Origin: Raillietiella orientalis
Lineage: Eukaryota
DNA: 64,000 bases
NCBI GenBank assembly: GCA_036172245.1
Contig: JAYWIR010000031.1
Coordinates: 186,001-250,000, forward strand
Direction: 5' to 3'
Shown: one piece after another, positions 25,691 through 37,199 of the stretch
How the letters are laid out: each line of letters starts with the position of its first letter
Numbering within the stretch: position 1 is the first letter of the stretch
Program-made: the position numbers and the translations under genes
The notes under the pieces: generated by a model
The model's database searches: none
What the model was told of the DNA's origin: nothing
What the model saw: only the letters and a program-made list of their open reading frames with translations

Positions 25691-26626
25691 GAGCCGCGCC
25701 GCGGCGGCGCAGCGCGGCGGGCAAAGTGCCGCCCTCTCCTGGCCGCCGCGAGAGGCTCGCGGCCGCGGAGACGCGGCAGTGCGCTGCGATCCCGCGGGGA
25801 GGTTGGCTGAATGCAGCCATGGGCTCCTCCTTCCCGGTAGGCTCCGGCGCGGGATCCACTGACGCCACCGCCGCCGCAGCTTCCTGAACGACCTCCTCCT
25901 CCGGGCACGTGAGTTTGCAAGCAGTCCGCCGCGCCGTGTTTCGCCAGAGCACGCGTTGAGGGAACGTCTCGTGGAATGCGTCCTGGTGTGGGGAAGGTGC
26001 GCTCGCGCCCTTCTCTGGGGTGGATTTTTTTTTTTTTTCTTTCCGTCCCCGGGAGAGTCTCGGCATGCGTGTGTGTCTCGGGGGCCGAGTGGATGGGCCG
26101 GGTGGGTTACGAGTGTCCGTCGTCCGGTGTCCCGCGACGTTCCTCCATGGATCCGGGGAAGGGAGGGCTGAAAAAGAAAAAAAAGAAGAAGGATCGTGAA
26201 CCAGTGGAGAGTGACGTCATCGGTGGTCTCTCTGCGAGGTCAAGGAGTGAGAGAGGTCCGGCTTTTCCTGGAGGAAAGGTCGAGTCTCGAAAGGTCACTT
26301 CGTGCTCGAATTCATGGAAAAAGTGCGTCCGACGCGATGAAGTGAAGCGCCTCCCGCGAAGTCGCTTAACTTGGAGGAGTCCCGTGAGACACTGGGCTGG
26401 CAGAGTCCGCTGGTGGGGGTGGACGGGTGTGGTGTGGGGAGCTTTCACCCTTCACGTGGGTTGGTTACGTCCGGACACTTCGTGGGAACGAGCCAGCAAG
26501 CAGCGGACAGCCGCCGGCTTGGCGGCGCGACCGCGGGCACTCCCCTTCCTCCCCATCCCTGCTTTTTCCCGGTTCCCCTTCCATTGTCCCGTGTCCTTTT
26601 CCGCAGCAACGAGAGAAGGAGACGTG

Positions 26627-26634
26627 TATAAATA
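26627..26634 (+). promoter_or_regulatory. Candidate TATA box (TATAAATA) of the PPP1R3 gene
   Basis: Perfect TATA sequence standing out in ~70% GC DNA, ~940 bp upstream of the ATG; TGACGTCA at 26212-26219 and several CACGTG sites nearby. Confidence 0.5.
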
Positions 26635-27221
26635 CTCCCCGTTGGACGCGTTGCGCGCAAACACCGCGCCCTCTGCCGTTCGCTGCGAGCGGGCTCCGTG
26701 CCGTAAAAACAGATCGCCCTCAACGACCTTCCCAAGGGAAGGCGCAGCGTGCGCGAGGGAGGATAACGGAGAGTTTTCGCTCCCGGAAAAGGAAGAAAAA
26801 AAAAAAAAAAAAGGGAGAAGGGAAGGAGAGTACGGTAGCGACAGCGGACCGGGGGTGTAGCGCGGGTGTGTGCGTGCGCGCGAGCCAGTGGCGGTGGCAG
26901 CGCAGCAGCAGCCTGGGACGGGGACGATGGGCGGCGGTCCGCACGTGCGACGCGTGCATCGTCGGGTGCTCACACGGGCCGCATGGGGCGTGTGGGTGGA
27001 TGGGTGCGGATCGCCGTCGTCGGACGCCGCGCGCGAGGCAGAACCTACCGGAGACGGCGGCTTGGGCCAGGAGAGAGCGGTTGGGTGGTGGTTCCTCGAG
27101 CAGGCACGTGCGGACCCTTCGCGCAGGGGTGGTTGGTGGTGCTCCCTCTTCTTCCCCTCCCCCCTCCTTCCCTTCTGATCCTCCACTCAGGAAACCGGCC
27201 CGACAACGAGGCACTCCCGTT

Positions 27222-27238
27222 CACGTGATGGGCACGTG
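27222..27238. promoter_or_regulatory. Perfect carbohydrate response element (CACGTG-atggg-CACGTG)
   Basis: Two canonical E-boxes exactly 5 bp apart, 330 bp upstream of the ATG of a glycogen-targeting subunit. Confidence 0.7.
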
Positions 27239-27566
27239 CTGTGCGCGGTTTCGGGCGTCGCGCTCTGCTGCGCGCTTGTGCCGTTGCGGCCGACGCCGCT
27301 ACCCACGCGTTGCTCGGAGAGCGCCCGCACTCGCATCCCGCGCGGCTGCGCGTACGGGTTGGTGTGGTCGGTCGGTCGTCTCGCGCGGGTGGCGCTGGCC
27401 CCCCACTCCCCCCGACGGCGAGACGGGATCGATGCGGACGAATGCGCCTCTGCGGCGGGGAGGAACCCACACGAGGAAGAGGGGTGGGAAGGTGGAACAG
27501 CAGCACACACACGCCCTGGCGTGTATCGCCCTTAGTCGTGAAACCACTCATGTGTTCTTTCAGGCG

Positions 27567-28615
27567 ATGACATGCACCCTGAGGTGACACGAGCTGGGCA
27601 GCGTGCCCTACTTCGCGAGAGGTACCTGAGCCCCTGCTGCTGCGCATAGGAAAAGGTAGGTCTCGCCATCCCCCTTCCTCCCCTATCCCCCAGCGTCCCC
27701 CCTCTCCACCGGCCCCGTGCCCCCTTTTTCCCTCCCTTGAGAGTGGTGGACCCTCTCCCGTGCAGTGCCCCCAGGTGTTCCAGCCCGATCGGCATGCCTG
27801 TGAACGTGCAACTGTTCCATCCTCCTCCTACGCTGCCGCACCAGCGGACCATGCTGGACGAAGGGTTCCTTGACCGCTTCGCCGTCCTGGACACCCTGCC
27901 GACCCGCCGCCAGCTCCCCTTCGTGCTGAAGACGCCACAGGCTAAGCCCGGCCTGATCACCCTCGGCATCAGGAGCTACTCCCTGCTTGGTCCCTGCAGC
28001 ACCGGCAGCGGCGGCGGGAATGGGAGCATCAGCGCCTGCTGCATCCGGCAGAAGAGCAAGCGGCGCGTCTCGTTCGCCGACGAGAGAGGGCTGCAGCTGA
28101 CCCAGGTCAAGTGGATGCCCGGGTCTGACGACCGCAAGGCGGACGGCAGGCGGCAGCAGCAGCAGCAGCAGCAGCACCACGCTTCTCCACGGCTCTGGAA
28201 GTGGACGGGCGCCTTCCGAATGCTTGTTCCCAATCCGACCAGCACAGTCCAGCTGACCGAAGTCCGCATCAGTGACGCGCTGACGGGTTGCGTCCAGGTG
28301 CGCAACCTGGCCTACGAGAAGTCCGTGTGCGTCAGGTGCACCTTCGACGGGTGGCGCTCCTACGAAGACACCTACTGCGAGTACTCGTGCCCCGCCCAGC
28401 TGGACGGCTTCGACCTCTTCCGGTTCTCCGTACTAATCCCCCGCAACCGCGTCGTCCAGCGCGTCGAGTTCTGCGTGCGCTTCTGCTGCGAGCGCCAGGA
28501 ATTCTGGGACAACAACGGGAACAAGAACTTCGTCATCGAGAGGTCGGACGAGAGGCAGAGCAAGCAGCAGCGGAACCAGTCCAGGATGCCCGAAGAGTTC
28601 GACCACTACTGGTAA
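27567..28615 (+). CDS. PPP1R3C: Protein phosphatase 1 glycogen-targeting regulatory subunit (PPP1R3B/C-like; RVxF + CBM21), 288 aa, 2 coding exons
   Basis: Exon 27567-27583 (MTCTL, phase 2), intron 27584-27765, exon 27766-28615. Motifs MPVNV, KRRVSFADERGLQLTQVK (PP1 docking), GCVQVRNLAYEKSVCVRCTFDGW (glycogen binding), VEFCVRF and FWDNNGNKNF (substrate binding). The symbol gives the closest vertebrate type, not proven orthology. Confidence 0.95.
28154..28174 (+). repeat. (CAG)7 polyglutamine tract inside the PPP1R3 CDS
   Basis: Direct reading; lies between RVxF and CBM21. Confidence 0.9.
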
Positions 28616-28849
28616 AGCCGTGCTCGGCGACCTCGTTTGCCCCGCTTCCGTCCCCGTTGTCTTCCCACTAGAGCGGTCTGGAGAGAAAGCTCGGAGCTAG
28701 TGGGAGGAGGGGACGGACAGAGAACACAACTTCCCTCCGCTCCTCTTCCTCCTCCTCCTGTAACTTGGTGGTGGTGCCCAAGGGCACATCGTATCACTTG
28801 GTCACGACAAGCTCCCTGGAGCACGTTTGCATGTCTTTTGTTTTCGTTG

Positions 28850-28855
28850 AATAAA
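28850..28855 (+). terminator. Polyadenylation signal of the PPP1R3 gene
   Basis: AATAAA ~235 nt after the stop, flanked by T/GT-rich sequence; TE relic begins just beyond. Confidence 0.65.
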
Positions 28856-29009
28856 CGGAAGGATTTTTGTTGGCACTAGAGCAGGGACTTCGGCCGCCCA
28901 CTCCTTCTTTTTCGCCGCGAGCGAACCGCTTCCAGGGAGCTGCCCGACTGGCACACCCGCCGCCTGCTGACTTTGGAGGACAGAGACTTTGCGCGGCGGC
29001 GGCGGCGGC

Positions 29010-31070
29010 AGAGTCGCCTCTGGAGGGTGTCCCGAAGGCTTCCATCCTCCCTGCTCGGCCCTCTGGCACCGTTGATGGTCGCCACTACCACCCGAGACCC
29101 GGCAGCAACGCCTCCGCGCATCGGGTCGAGGAGGTGTCGGGAAGGGAGACCTACGCACGGTCTCTCTCCCCTCCTCTCCAGCGGCCGGAAGCTACGCGGT
29201 CGCACCCCCACGGCCGGCGGTGGCCTGTGTGTAGCGCAAAATTTTCGCACTCGGAGCCACAGTGTGGCTGGGAATAGCAGGCGGGGTGAGTCTTCGCTGC
29301 TCGCCGCCGAAGGGGAGAGTGGAGAGCGAGAGAGAGAGAGACAGGTGGCAGGAAGGAAGAGGTGGGTGGAGGGACGAATCACGACGAGGAGACCTGCTCC
29401 CTCCTGGGGGTCATCTAGAACAGCGCCTCGAAGGTCGCTGACCATTCCCTGGGGCGGGAGGGAGGCAAAGGCTCATCCCTCTGGCCGGTTCGTGTTGCCG
29501 CTCGCAGCGGCAGGCGCCGCCGGAAACGGGCAAAAAGTTGCGGCGCGTGCCCGACTTCTCCGTCCCGGTCGGGGCGAAACGGGACATTCCTCCCCCCCGG
29601 ACGGAGACCCTTGCCAGAGGCGGAAAAGGCAATCCTGCGGAGCGAGGAGTTGGCCCCCTAGCACGGTTGCCCCCCGAAACCAGGGACTCTGAACCTTCCT
29701 GCCTAAGGCCTTCCGGGAGGGTCGGTGGGTGCGGCCTCTGCCGGCGGCTCTTGCTGTCTTCGAGACCGTCGAAGAGCCCGTGAACAGGGCAAGGAATGGA
29801 TTCGGTCGCCACCTCCTTCGAACGTTGTCGGGAAGAGGTGGAAGCTGGAAGCCACGCTCCTCTCGAGAAGCTCAGGGCGTCCGAAGTCGTGAGTGTCTCG
29901 CCTTGCCAGGAAGCGGGAGGCGCTGCCGCCCTCCAGCCACCAGGAGGGCACCGGCCTTGACAGAGCTTTCGGGGGTAGGGCGGAAGCTCTGAAGGCGAGA
30001 CCGCGCAGCTCCTCCCGCTCCCGTCTCTGCGGGGAGAAGGCGGCTGAGAGAAGGGTCATCCGGGGCACCCCTCGTCGGTGCTGGGAGGCCGGCCAAGGAA
30101 CCACCAGCTCCCCTTTAGCATGGGATCACCCGCGAGTCCTTGCATGGCTATTGACCGGGGACGGACTAACGGCGCAGCCAGGAAACCGTGGGGAAGAGGA
30201 GAGCGGCGCGGCCGGCGGCTCAGCCCCGGAAAGGAAGAAGCTGGGGCGGAGAGCGCGCTCTCGGGAAGTGGCGCCAGTGGCCCTCCGTGCTCCTCTCGAT
30301 CCCATCATCAGGTAGGGAGGGCGTGCCGCGGAGCTTCCCGTGACCCCGACCGGGATCCGAGGAGGCGGGACGTCTTTCCCGGAATTCCACACGGGAACTT
30401 TGAGACCGCCCCGACGGCTTCCAGCAGCGGTCGCCCTCGGCTGCCGGAATGCCGTCATCTTACCGCTGGAACCTCCCCTCAGAGCGAGAAGTAGCACTGC
30501 ACCTACGCGGGGAGAGCCATCAGGGAATCGTGGGGAACCCTTCTGCACGTGCCGGAGGCTGTGGCAGGGACGGGCCCTCGACTTGCGGCGCCTCCCGGCC
30601 ATTCCTGGGGGACGGACGGCCCTCTGCCTGCGCCGCTGAAGCGCGCTGAGTTCCGGAAAACAGGAGGAAGATCCCGGCTGCTGCTGATGGTCGCCACGGA
30701 CTCGAGAAAGCGGTGAGCGAGGTGGTGGTGCGATGATAACCCAGGGCTCTGCGAGAGACCTGTCATTCCCGCCGAATTCTCCGAGGGTGCTCCCCCCGGG
30801 TCCGTTCGCCCCTGAGGGCTCACCGGTCGCCTACTCGACGGAAACCTGCTGGGGTACGGGGGCAGCACTGCCCTCGCCTTCTGCAGGAGCAGGGGTCGCT
30901 GGCCCTTTCCGGGGGAGAAAAAGTGCTGCCCCGCAGGCAGGGGCGACCCACGTTCGGACTCCGCCCACACGCGCTCCGTCGGGGGAGGGGGAGACGGAGG
31001 CTGCGGATGACCCTACTCCTCAGGATCCTCCGAGAGAATCACCCTCTTACGGAGGGGTCTAGGGGGATGG
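29010..31070 (+). mobile_element. Gypsy RT-RNase H-integrase relic (GC-rich)
   Basis: RRLPSSLLGPLA, LRPSGRVGGCGLCRRLL (cf. LRSFLGxxGYYRRFI), SRLCGEKAAERR, WDHPRVLAWLL (cf. TDHxALxWL), PEFHTGTL (cf. EELHTGHLG), RLLLMVATDSRK. Confidence 0.55.
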
Positions 31071-31354
31071 ACAGCTCGGAGGGCGGCGTACCTTGCGTCT
31101 GTGACCGCCGAGCTGGTCCTCTCCTCCCCCTGTAAACGTCCTGGGGCCGCCACTCCGCGCTGGGGAAGCGGCTCCGGCAAGGCAGCGTCCATTCCAGGGG
31201 GTGGCCCTCAGGGGCTACGAGGGGGAGGAAGGTTCAAGCAAGGTGCCGCCCGCTGACTCTTCTCCCTCCTCCTCGCTGGGGTGCCTGCTGGTCAGCATCA
31301 GCGCAACCGCGGGTCGCAGAACCGGCAGCGACCCCGGTCACGGGACGGACACCG

Positions 31355-33690
31355 TTGGGGCTAGCGAAAGGAAGTGGAGGGAACCCCCGGAGTCTGCCTG
31401 GGGGGCAACTTACTCCAGAGGCGCTTCCCGACAACCGAGACGGAAGTCCGGCAGGAAGCGAATCTCCGGATTCAGGACGCGTGCGCGGAGCGGGCCCCGT
31501 CGCTGACCACCCCGACGAGATCTCCCGGGAGGAGCTCGGAGTGAGCCGGCGCCGTCTGCCTGAGCACCGGGAAGGCGTGTGGATCGCCGCTCCCGGGATC
31601 TCTCGCTGCGAATGGTCGCAGCCTCCAGCAGGGAAAGATGAGAGACCGCTCTCTTCCCGGCGCTCCGTCCGGAGTCTTTGCCTCAGCGCCCCATCTCCGG
31701 TCGGGTCGTCTCCCTGGCTACGGGAGAATGAGGCAAGGCCGCACTGGAAACGCCAGGGCTTCCCATGATGCTCCCCCCTCCCTTCGAGAAGGAGCATTCC
31801 CGCAGCTTCCCGAAATGGACGCAGTTTCCCCACCCCTGGAGAGAGGGGTCGAACCGTTCCAGTCGCCAGGGAACGGGCCGAGGACCCACCTCCGGAGATT
31901 TCCCTCCGGCAGCAGAGCGCCCGCCTGAGTCACGGAGGAGGGAGAGAACGGTCGAAGATGGCTCCGGTGGTCAGCGGCGGTCGCGGGTCCATCAGCCCCT
32001 CAAAGGAAGCGCGACGGGCCTTCTCCGGATCCAGGAAGCACCTCCTTCCCGGAAGCGCCTGAGGAGCTCTCAGGAAGAAGGGCAGACCCTTCGGGCATGC
32101 GGATGAACTGTGACGCCCCAGAAGACCGCAAGTGGAAGCTCCGCGGAGTCTCCCTTCTGCCGTATTCTTCGACCCTCATCTGGATGAAAGGTCGAGGTCA
32201 CGGCCGGAGTCCGTGATGCTCTTTCCTGGGGGGGGGACGTTCCCACCGGGAGAGGAAGATTCCGATGTCACCGGGGTGGGAGCGCCAAGACCTCCGGCGA
32301 ATGGCTTCAGAAGCTCCCAATCTGCTCCCGGTCATTCCTGGGATTGGATGGTAGACCCAGGCGAAAGACCCTGGCTGCTGACGGTGTCCACAGACACGGG
32401 AAAGTGGCGGACGCGGTAGTGATGCGAGGATGACCCAGGACTCCGCAGATGACCTCTCATTCCTGCCAAGGGCGTTCCCGACGGTGGGGCTCGGCAGCCC
32501 AGAATCCCGACGAAAGGTCGTCTCAGGGGTGCCGGATGGGGAGCACCAGGGTTTCCGGGGAGGAAGAAGGCATCCAGAGGACTTCCCCCTTCCCCGAGCA
32601 CTCCCTTCTCCACAAATTCCTCAATGAGAAGAACCCCCAGACGTCCCTTGGTCTCTCCTCAGCCTCCGCTGCTGGAGCCCAGAGCTGGGAAAGAGAAGCT
32701 TCCTTCCCGCCGCCGGCCCCCTGGGACGCCCCTGGACAGCATCCCTTCCCTTTATATTGTCCACGGGAGAAGAGGGGATCTGAGGTTCCCTTCCTGCTGC
32801 ATATGTAGGCACGGCCCTCTCCAGCCCTGTGATCCCTCCGGCCAGGGATGCTCGGTGTTCGGTCTGGGAAGGTCGAACCCGCGGGAAGAGGGAAGGGATC
32901 ACTTGGACGGAAGGTTCTCCCTGTCGAAAAGTGTGTGGCGGAAGCAGCGCCTCCGGATCGAAAGGGGCACCTTTGGCTCCGCGTCGCCCTCCGTGACGAG
33001 GCCGCCTGCGTGCCAGGGAGTGGCGCTCGCCGAACGGCGTCCCAGTGCACCCCCGAAAGTGTCGTCGCCGAGCGTGGGGAGAGGGGCTGCGATCCCTCCC
33101 CCCTTCCGGACCACTGCGGAGCGCACGAGTGGTAAGCGTTGCGCAAACACTGCCCGCCGCCCTTGGCGAAAGGCTTGAAGCTCCGCCTGCCGGTGGGGCT
33201 GGTCCGGCTGGCGCAACAGCCGGCCTCGGCTTGCGCAAGCGCCCTTGGGCCTGGGATGTGGTTCCTGGGGGCCGCCACCGCAGCCGCTACCACCGCCCGC
33301 CCTCACACTTCGGCCTCCCTCCGCCTGCCTTGGGGCACTCCGCCTTCTTACTTTCCGGAGGGCCTCCCGAACCGCTGTCCTTCCTGGGTCCGGTGTAGCG
33401 TCCCTGCTTTCTCACGGGAGGGATGGGGCCGCACGTTCGGAGGCGGCGATCGCTGATCCAGTAGAGACGCCAAGCAGCGCCCCTCCCTGCCGGGGCGGGC
33501 GTGGACGACCACGAGACTACCGGTCTTCGTGGCCTTCCGCCCGTTGCCACGGAGGCAGCTCCCGGTTCCGGCCCGGTCCTTCTTGCAGGATGTTCCTTTC
33601 CTGGTTTCCGCGGACACCTCCGTGGGGACGCTTCTGTGGAGCGAGCAGGTGGGAAAGGGAGGAGGATGCTTCTTCCATTTCTATGATTTC
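31355..33690 (+). mobile_element. Gypsy RT-RNase H-integrase relic (GC-rich)
   Basis: NRDGS, EISREEL, LPEHREGVWIAAPG..CEWSQPPAGKDERP (cf. EDREKTAFxTPxGxYEWxxMPFGLKNAP), EDSDVTGVGA, LTVSTD, LYCPREKR, GHLRGDASVERA..RMLLPF. Confidence 0.6.
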
Positions 33691-33849
33691 CCGGACGGTC
33701 AAGCCCTGACTCTCGATCCTCTCCCTTCCTTCCCGGAAGCTACTCCCGCTTCCCGTATCCGGGGTCCTGACCCGCAGTCCTCTGTGTGATCTTCTGAGGC
33801 GGCCAGGGAGCCAATCGGTTCGACCGTCTGGCACGCCAAGGGACGGGAG

Positions 33850-34200
33850 GACTACAGCCAGCTACAGGAGAGAGAACTGGGCGGAAGGAAGGCGATAGGT
33901 CGTTCCCTCGTCTCACGCATCCCCTGGAGAGCGATGCACCGAGCGGGAAGGGGTGCGCTGCGCTTCCTCAGATCCTCCTGTGTGGCCCGGGGTGGCCCCT
34001 CGCTCTCCGGCTCACTCTGACGCTCCCCTCTCACTGGGGATTCCCGCTCCGTAGGCGCCGGCAGGACCTGGTCTGAGAGATGCGGTAGGATCGAGGTGAT
34101 CCTGCGCATCCTGCCGGAGCGTTCCAGGCGTCCTCTTTCGTAGAGATCGTAGAGAGTCGCTTCTCTCTCCCGAGCGACTACTTTCTCGGGATTCGGGGCC
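33850..34200 (-). mobile_element. Gypsy RT thumb/connection relic
   Basis: PNPEKVVA (cf. PDPEKVxAI), ILPHLSDQVLP, QEDLRKRSAPL. Confidence 0.4.
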
Positions 34201-34899
34201 AGAAAACTGTGTTCACGGACACGGACACTGTGGCGTCAGAAGATGGCAGCACCTGCGCGGAGCTCAGCATCAGATGAGGAGCTCGCAAGCGAGGGGCGCA
34301 CCGATCTGGGGATGCTCCTAAACGGAAGTGGTCGCTCATCCTTCCTCCTCCTCCTCCCCTGGCTCCCCGTTCTTCTCGCTCCTGCTTTGGCGGAGGGTGG
34401 AAGATCGGCTGTTTTCCCTACTCCTGCGCGTGGGAACAGCGGCGACTCGATCGTGCTTGACGTCACACCGGTCAGTTCAGCTCCCCCTTACCAGGGCATT
34501 CCGCCGCGACCTCGGCCTCTCCCCAGCGGCAAACCCGCAAGCGGGACGACGGCACCTTTCTGGAGCGCTCCCGGGAGAGCCAGCATGGCATCCTCTCGCT
34601 CGAGCCTCCAGCCCGGCGCCTCGTCCCACCAGAAGGCAGCAGGAAGACGAGGAGGACGAAGAGAAGGAAGAACAGGGAAAGCGTCCCTTCAGGAAACGAG
34701 GGGTTCGTGACCTTTGAAAAGTACCAAAGACGTGCAACAAAGAAGGAAGCAGCGACACTTCCAGGCAAGGGACAATAGATAGTGGAAGGAAGTGCGCACG
34801 CAGCGCCACACTCGAGGGGGTGCGTGGGGGTAACTGCGCAAGGAGGGGACGATGGACGAAAGCACAGAAAAAAAAATTGCGCACGGTTGTGGGGGAGGG

Positions 34900-36550
34900 G
34901 AGAATCAGGGGGACTCTGGGCATCCCGTTGACTGGGATTCCCAGAGTCCTTACACACCTAAGGCTACCCTCTGTACCGGCGATGTTGTCCTTGTTGTTGA
35001 CCTCGAGATGGGGCCACTTGCTGACACGACGACTGAGGTCCTCCTCCTCTTGCTCTTCCTCTCATTCCTTCCTCCTTCCTGTCCTCTCTTGCTCTGCCGT
35101 CGGAGGAAGATCAGGAGAGCCTTCCCTGCGGAAAAACGGAGGGGGTCACCTCTCCAGACTCCTCCTTAGCTTATCCCCCTTAAGATCATGCTGCGTCTAC
35201 CCCTAGAGTCTCCTCTAGGATCTTTGACGAACATCCATCTGTTGCCAAAGCGACGGAAGCGAGGGTGAGTGGGAAAAGAAACCAGAGCGAGAGAACAAGG
35301 CGTCTCCCGCTCTCCCTCCACTTCAGCAAAGAGAAGGGGACGGTCTCCACAGCGACCCTGGGAAGATCGGCGAGAAGCGCCATTTAGTACGATCGCCTCA
35401 CGGCTCTGTGGGCGACGGAGACGAAGGCGCTCAAGTGAGCCACCGGAGACGTCGAGAGGAGTTCAGGAGCGTTCTCAAACAGGTCCGACTCAAGGTCAGA
35501 GGTCATAAAAGTCCAGTGGACTGGCCAACGGTGCTCGTGGAGAGAGGGATGGACCCAATCCCAAAGGAGGTACAACATCCTGGCAGGTGGTGCTGGCAAA
35601 AACATCCTGGCAGGCATCCCCTACCCTCCTTTCGCGAAGGGAGGGTAGGGGGTACTGAAGCTTCTCCTCCCCACTCACCCTACCCCTTTCCTTTCACCTT
35701 CCGGGAGGGCACAGAAGATGACGGAAGCGGAAGCCGGCCGTTTCCTGGTCCACAGAGGAAGCGGCAGCACGTGGACGAGATCGCGCAGAAGGGGGCGCTG
35801 CTGGAGGCTCCGCAGGCACCCGACGGAGCAGCGGAGGAAGGTCACAGAAGTCACAAGGCAGGGGACGATCGTCTTAGGATCCTGTCGCGCGTGAGCACGC
35901 CTTGTCCCTGCCCTGACCGACAGCCTCGTGCGCCCACGTTGCCGCGCACCTCCCTCTCCCCAAAAACGCTTTCCTGAAAGGAGGTTGTGACCGTCGCCCC
36001 GCTTGCCCAGATGCCCCGTCGACTCTCAGAGCTTTCCCGCCGGCAGCCGAAGGGTCGAGGCGCAGCCGCGCCTTCTGGAAGCTCGGAGGCAGAAGGAACT
36101 AACGAACCATGCGCCTCCTTGGCCACTCCCGATGGTGGCGACCCATGAGCTGAGTCTCTCCGGGACCGATGGCTCATGGACACCCCTCGCAGGGGGCAAG
36201 GGAGGGAGTGAGTCATCCGAGCTTCGAAGCAATGTCACTGAACAAGAAGAAACGTCAGTGAGCTCAGGATAGGGTAAGAGGAGCCGGACAGTGGCAGCAG
36301 CATCTCTGCGAAAGCCTTCAGAAACCATGGAGACGGCTCCCTACACCGGCTTTTACCTAGGACACGAGTGCTCGCAGTTGTGCTCGAGACCGAGTCCTTT
36401 CGTTCGGGAACCTCAAGAACATGAAGGAAGGGAAAACAAGGAGTGGCCTTAAGAAGAGGAGCGTCTGCCTTCCTCGGCGAGCTGGGGATGACTGACGGTG
36501 TCATTGGGCACAAGCGGGGGGAGAAGAAGGATCACGTAGGAAGACTCAGA
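34900..36550 (+). mobile_element. Gypsy RNase H-integrase relics (probably two pieces)
   Basis: GHPVDWDSQS (~34920); TIASRL..RRSS, EEFRSVLKQVRLKVRGHKSPVDW, EVQHPGR; HAPPWPLPMVA..GTD..TPLA; MTDGVIG. Confidence 0.5.
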
Positions 36551-37199
36551 AAGTCTCTTGCGTCGCGGCACTCCCAAGCGGCAGACAAGCAGGATGCTTC
36601 CAAGGAATTGCCTAGAGGGCCGAAAGAAGACCGTGCGGTCTCTGTGGAAGCGGAAGAACTCGATCCGAGAACGAAGAGGGCTGGGTGTCTGGCAGAGGGG
36701 ACTAGGAGCACGTAAGTAGCGTAACCGCGAGAAGAACGGAGCGAAAGAGAAAAGGAATCGACGGTCAGAGGTCAAGGGTCGGGGATGGGAACGGTCGGCA
36801 ACAGGTTCTCGGACCATCCGATGCCGGAGCAAACCTCGGAGAAGACCGCGGGGTGGGTCAGAGGGATGCACAGCTCTGGGGCGCCGCCGTGCAGCAGTTT
36901 GCGAGCGCACGCGGACCGGCCAACGCAACGCTTCCAAAGGGTCACTCGTAGGAGGGAGAGGATGGACGCGCCGACTGCCCGGCACTTAAGGCAGAGGACT
37001 GAAAAAAAAAAAAAAAAAAATGGAGATTCGATTCGTGACTGTCTGATGCATCCTGCAAGGTTCTGGTAGGAGGTTCTTACGGTAGATACCAAGCACGAGG
37101 CGTACACACTCTGAGATGTGCACCTTTTTGGTGCTTTGTTTTCGGCCATCTTTCTGAATGCCTCTCAACGCGAAGATGGACGAGGGGCAGAGTCAGTCC

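Noticed and set aside
26212..26219. CRE palindrome TGACGTCA as a specific cAMP element
   Set aside because: The same 8-mer also occurs at about 20358, 34458, 41639 and 52254, away from any identified promoter and partly inside relics, so it is not distinctive alone.
27737..27765. TTG start of the 292-aa ORF from the track
   Set aside because: Lies in the intron's polypyrimidine tract and acceptor; the spliced ATG at 27567 is more plausible.
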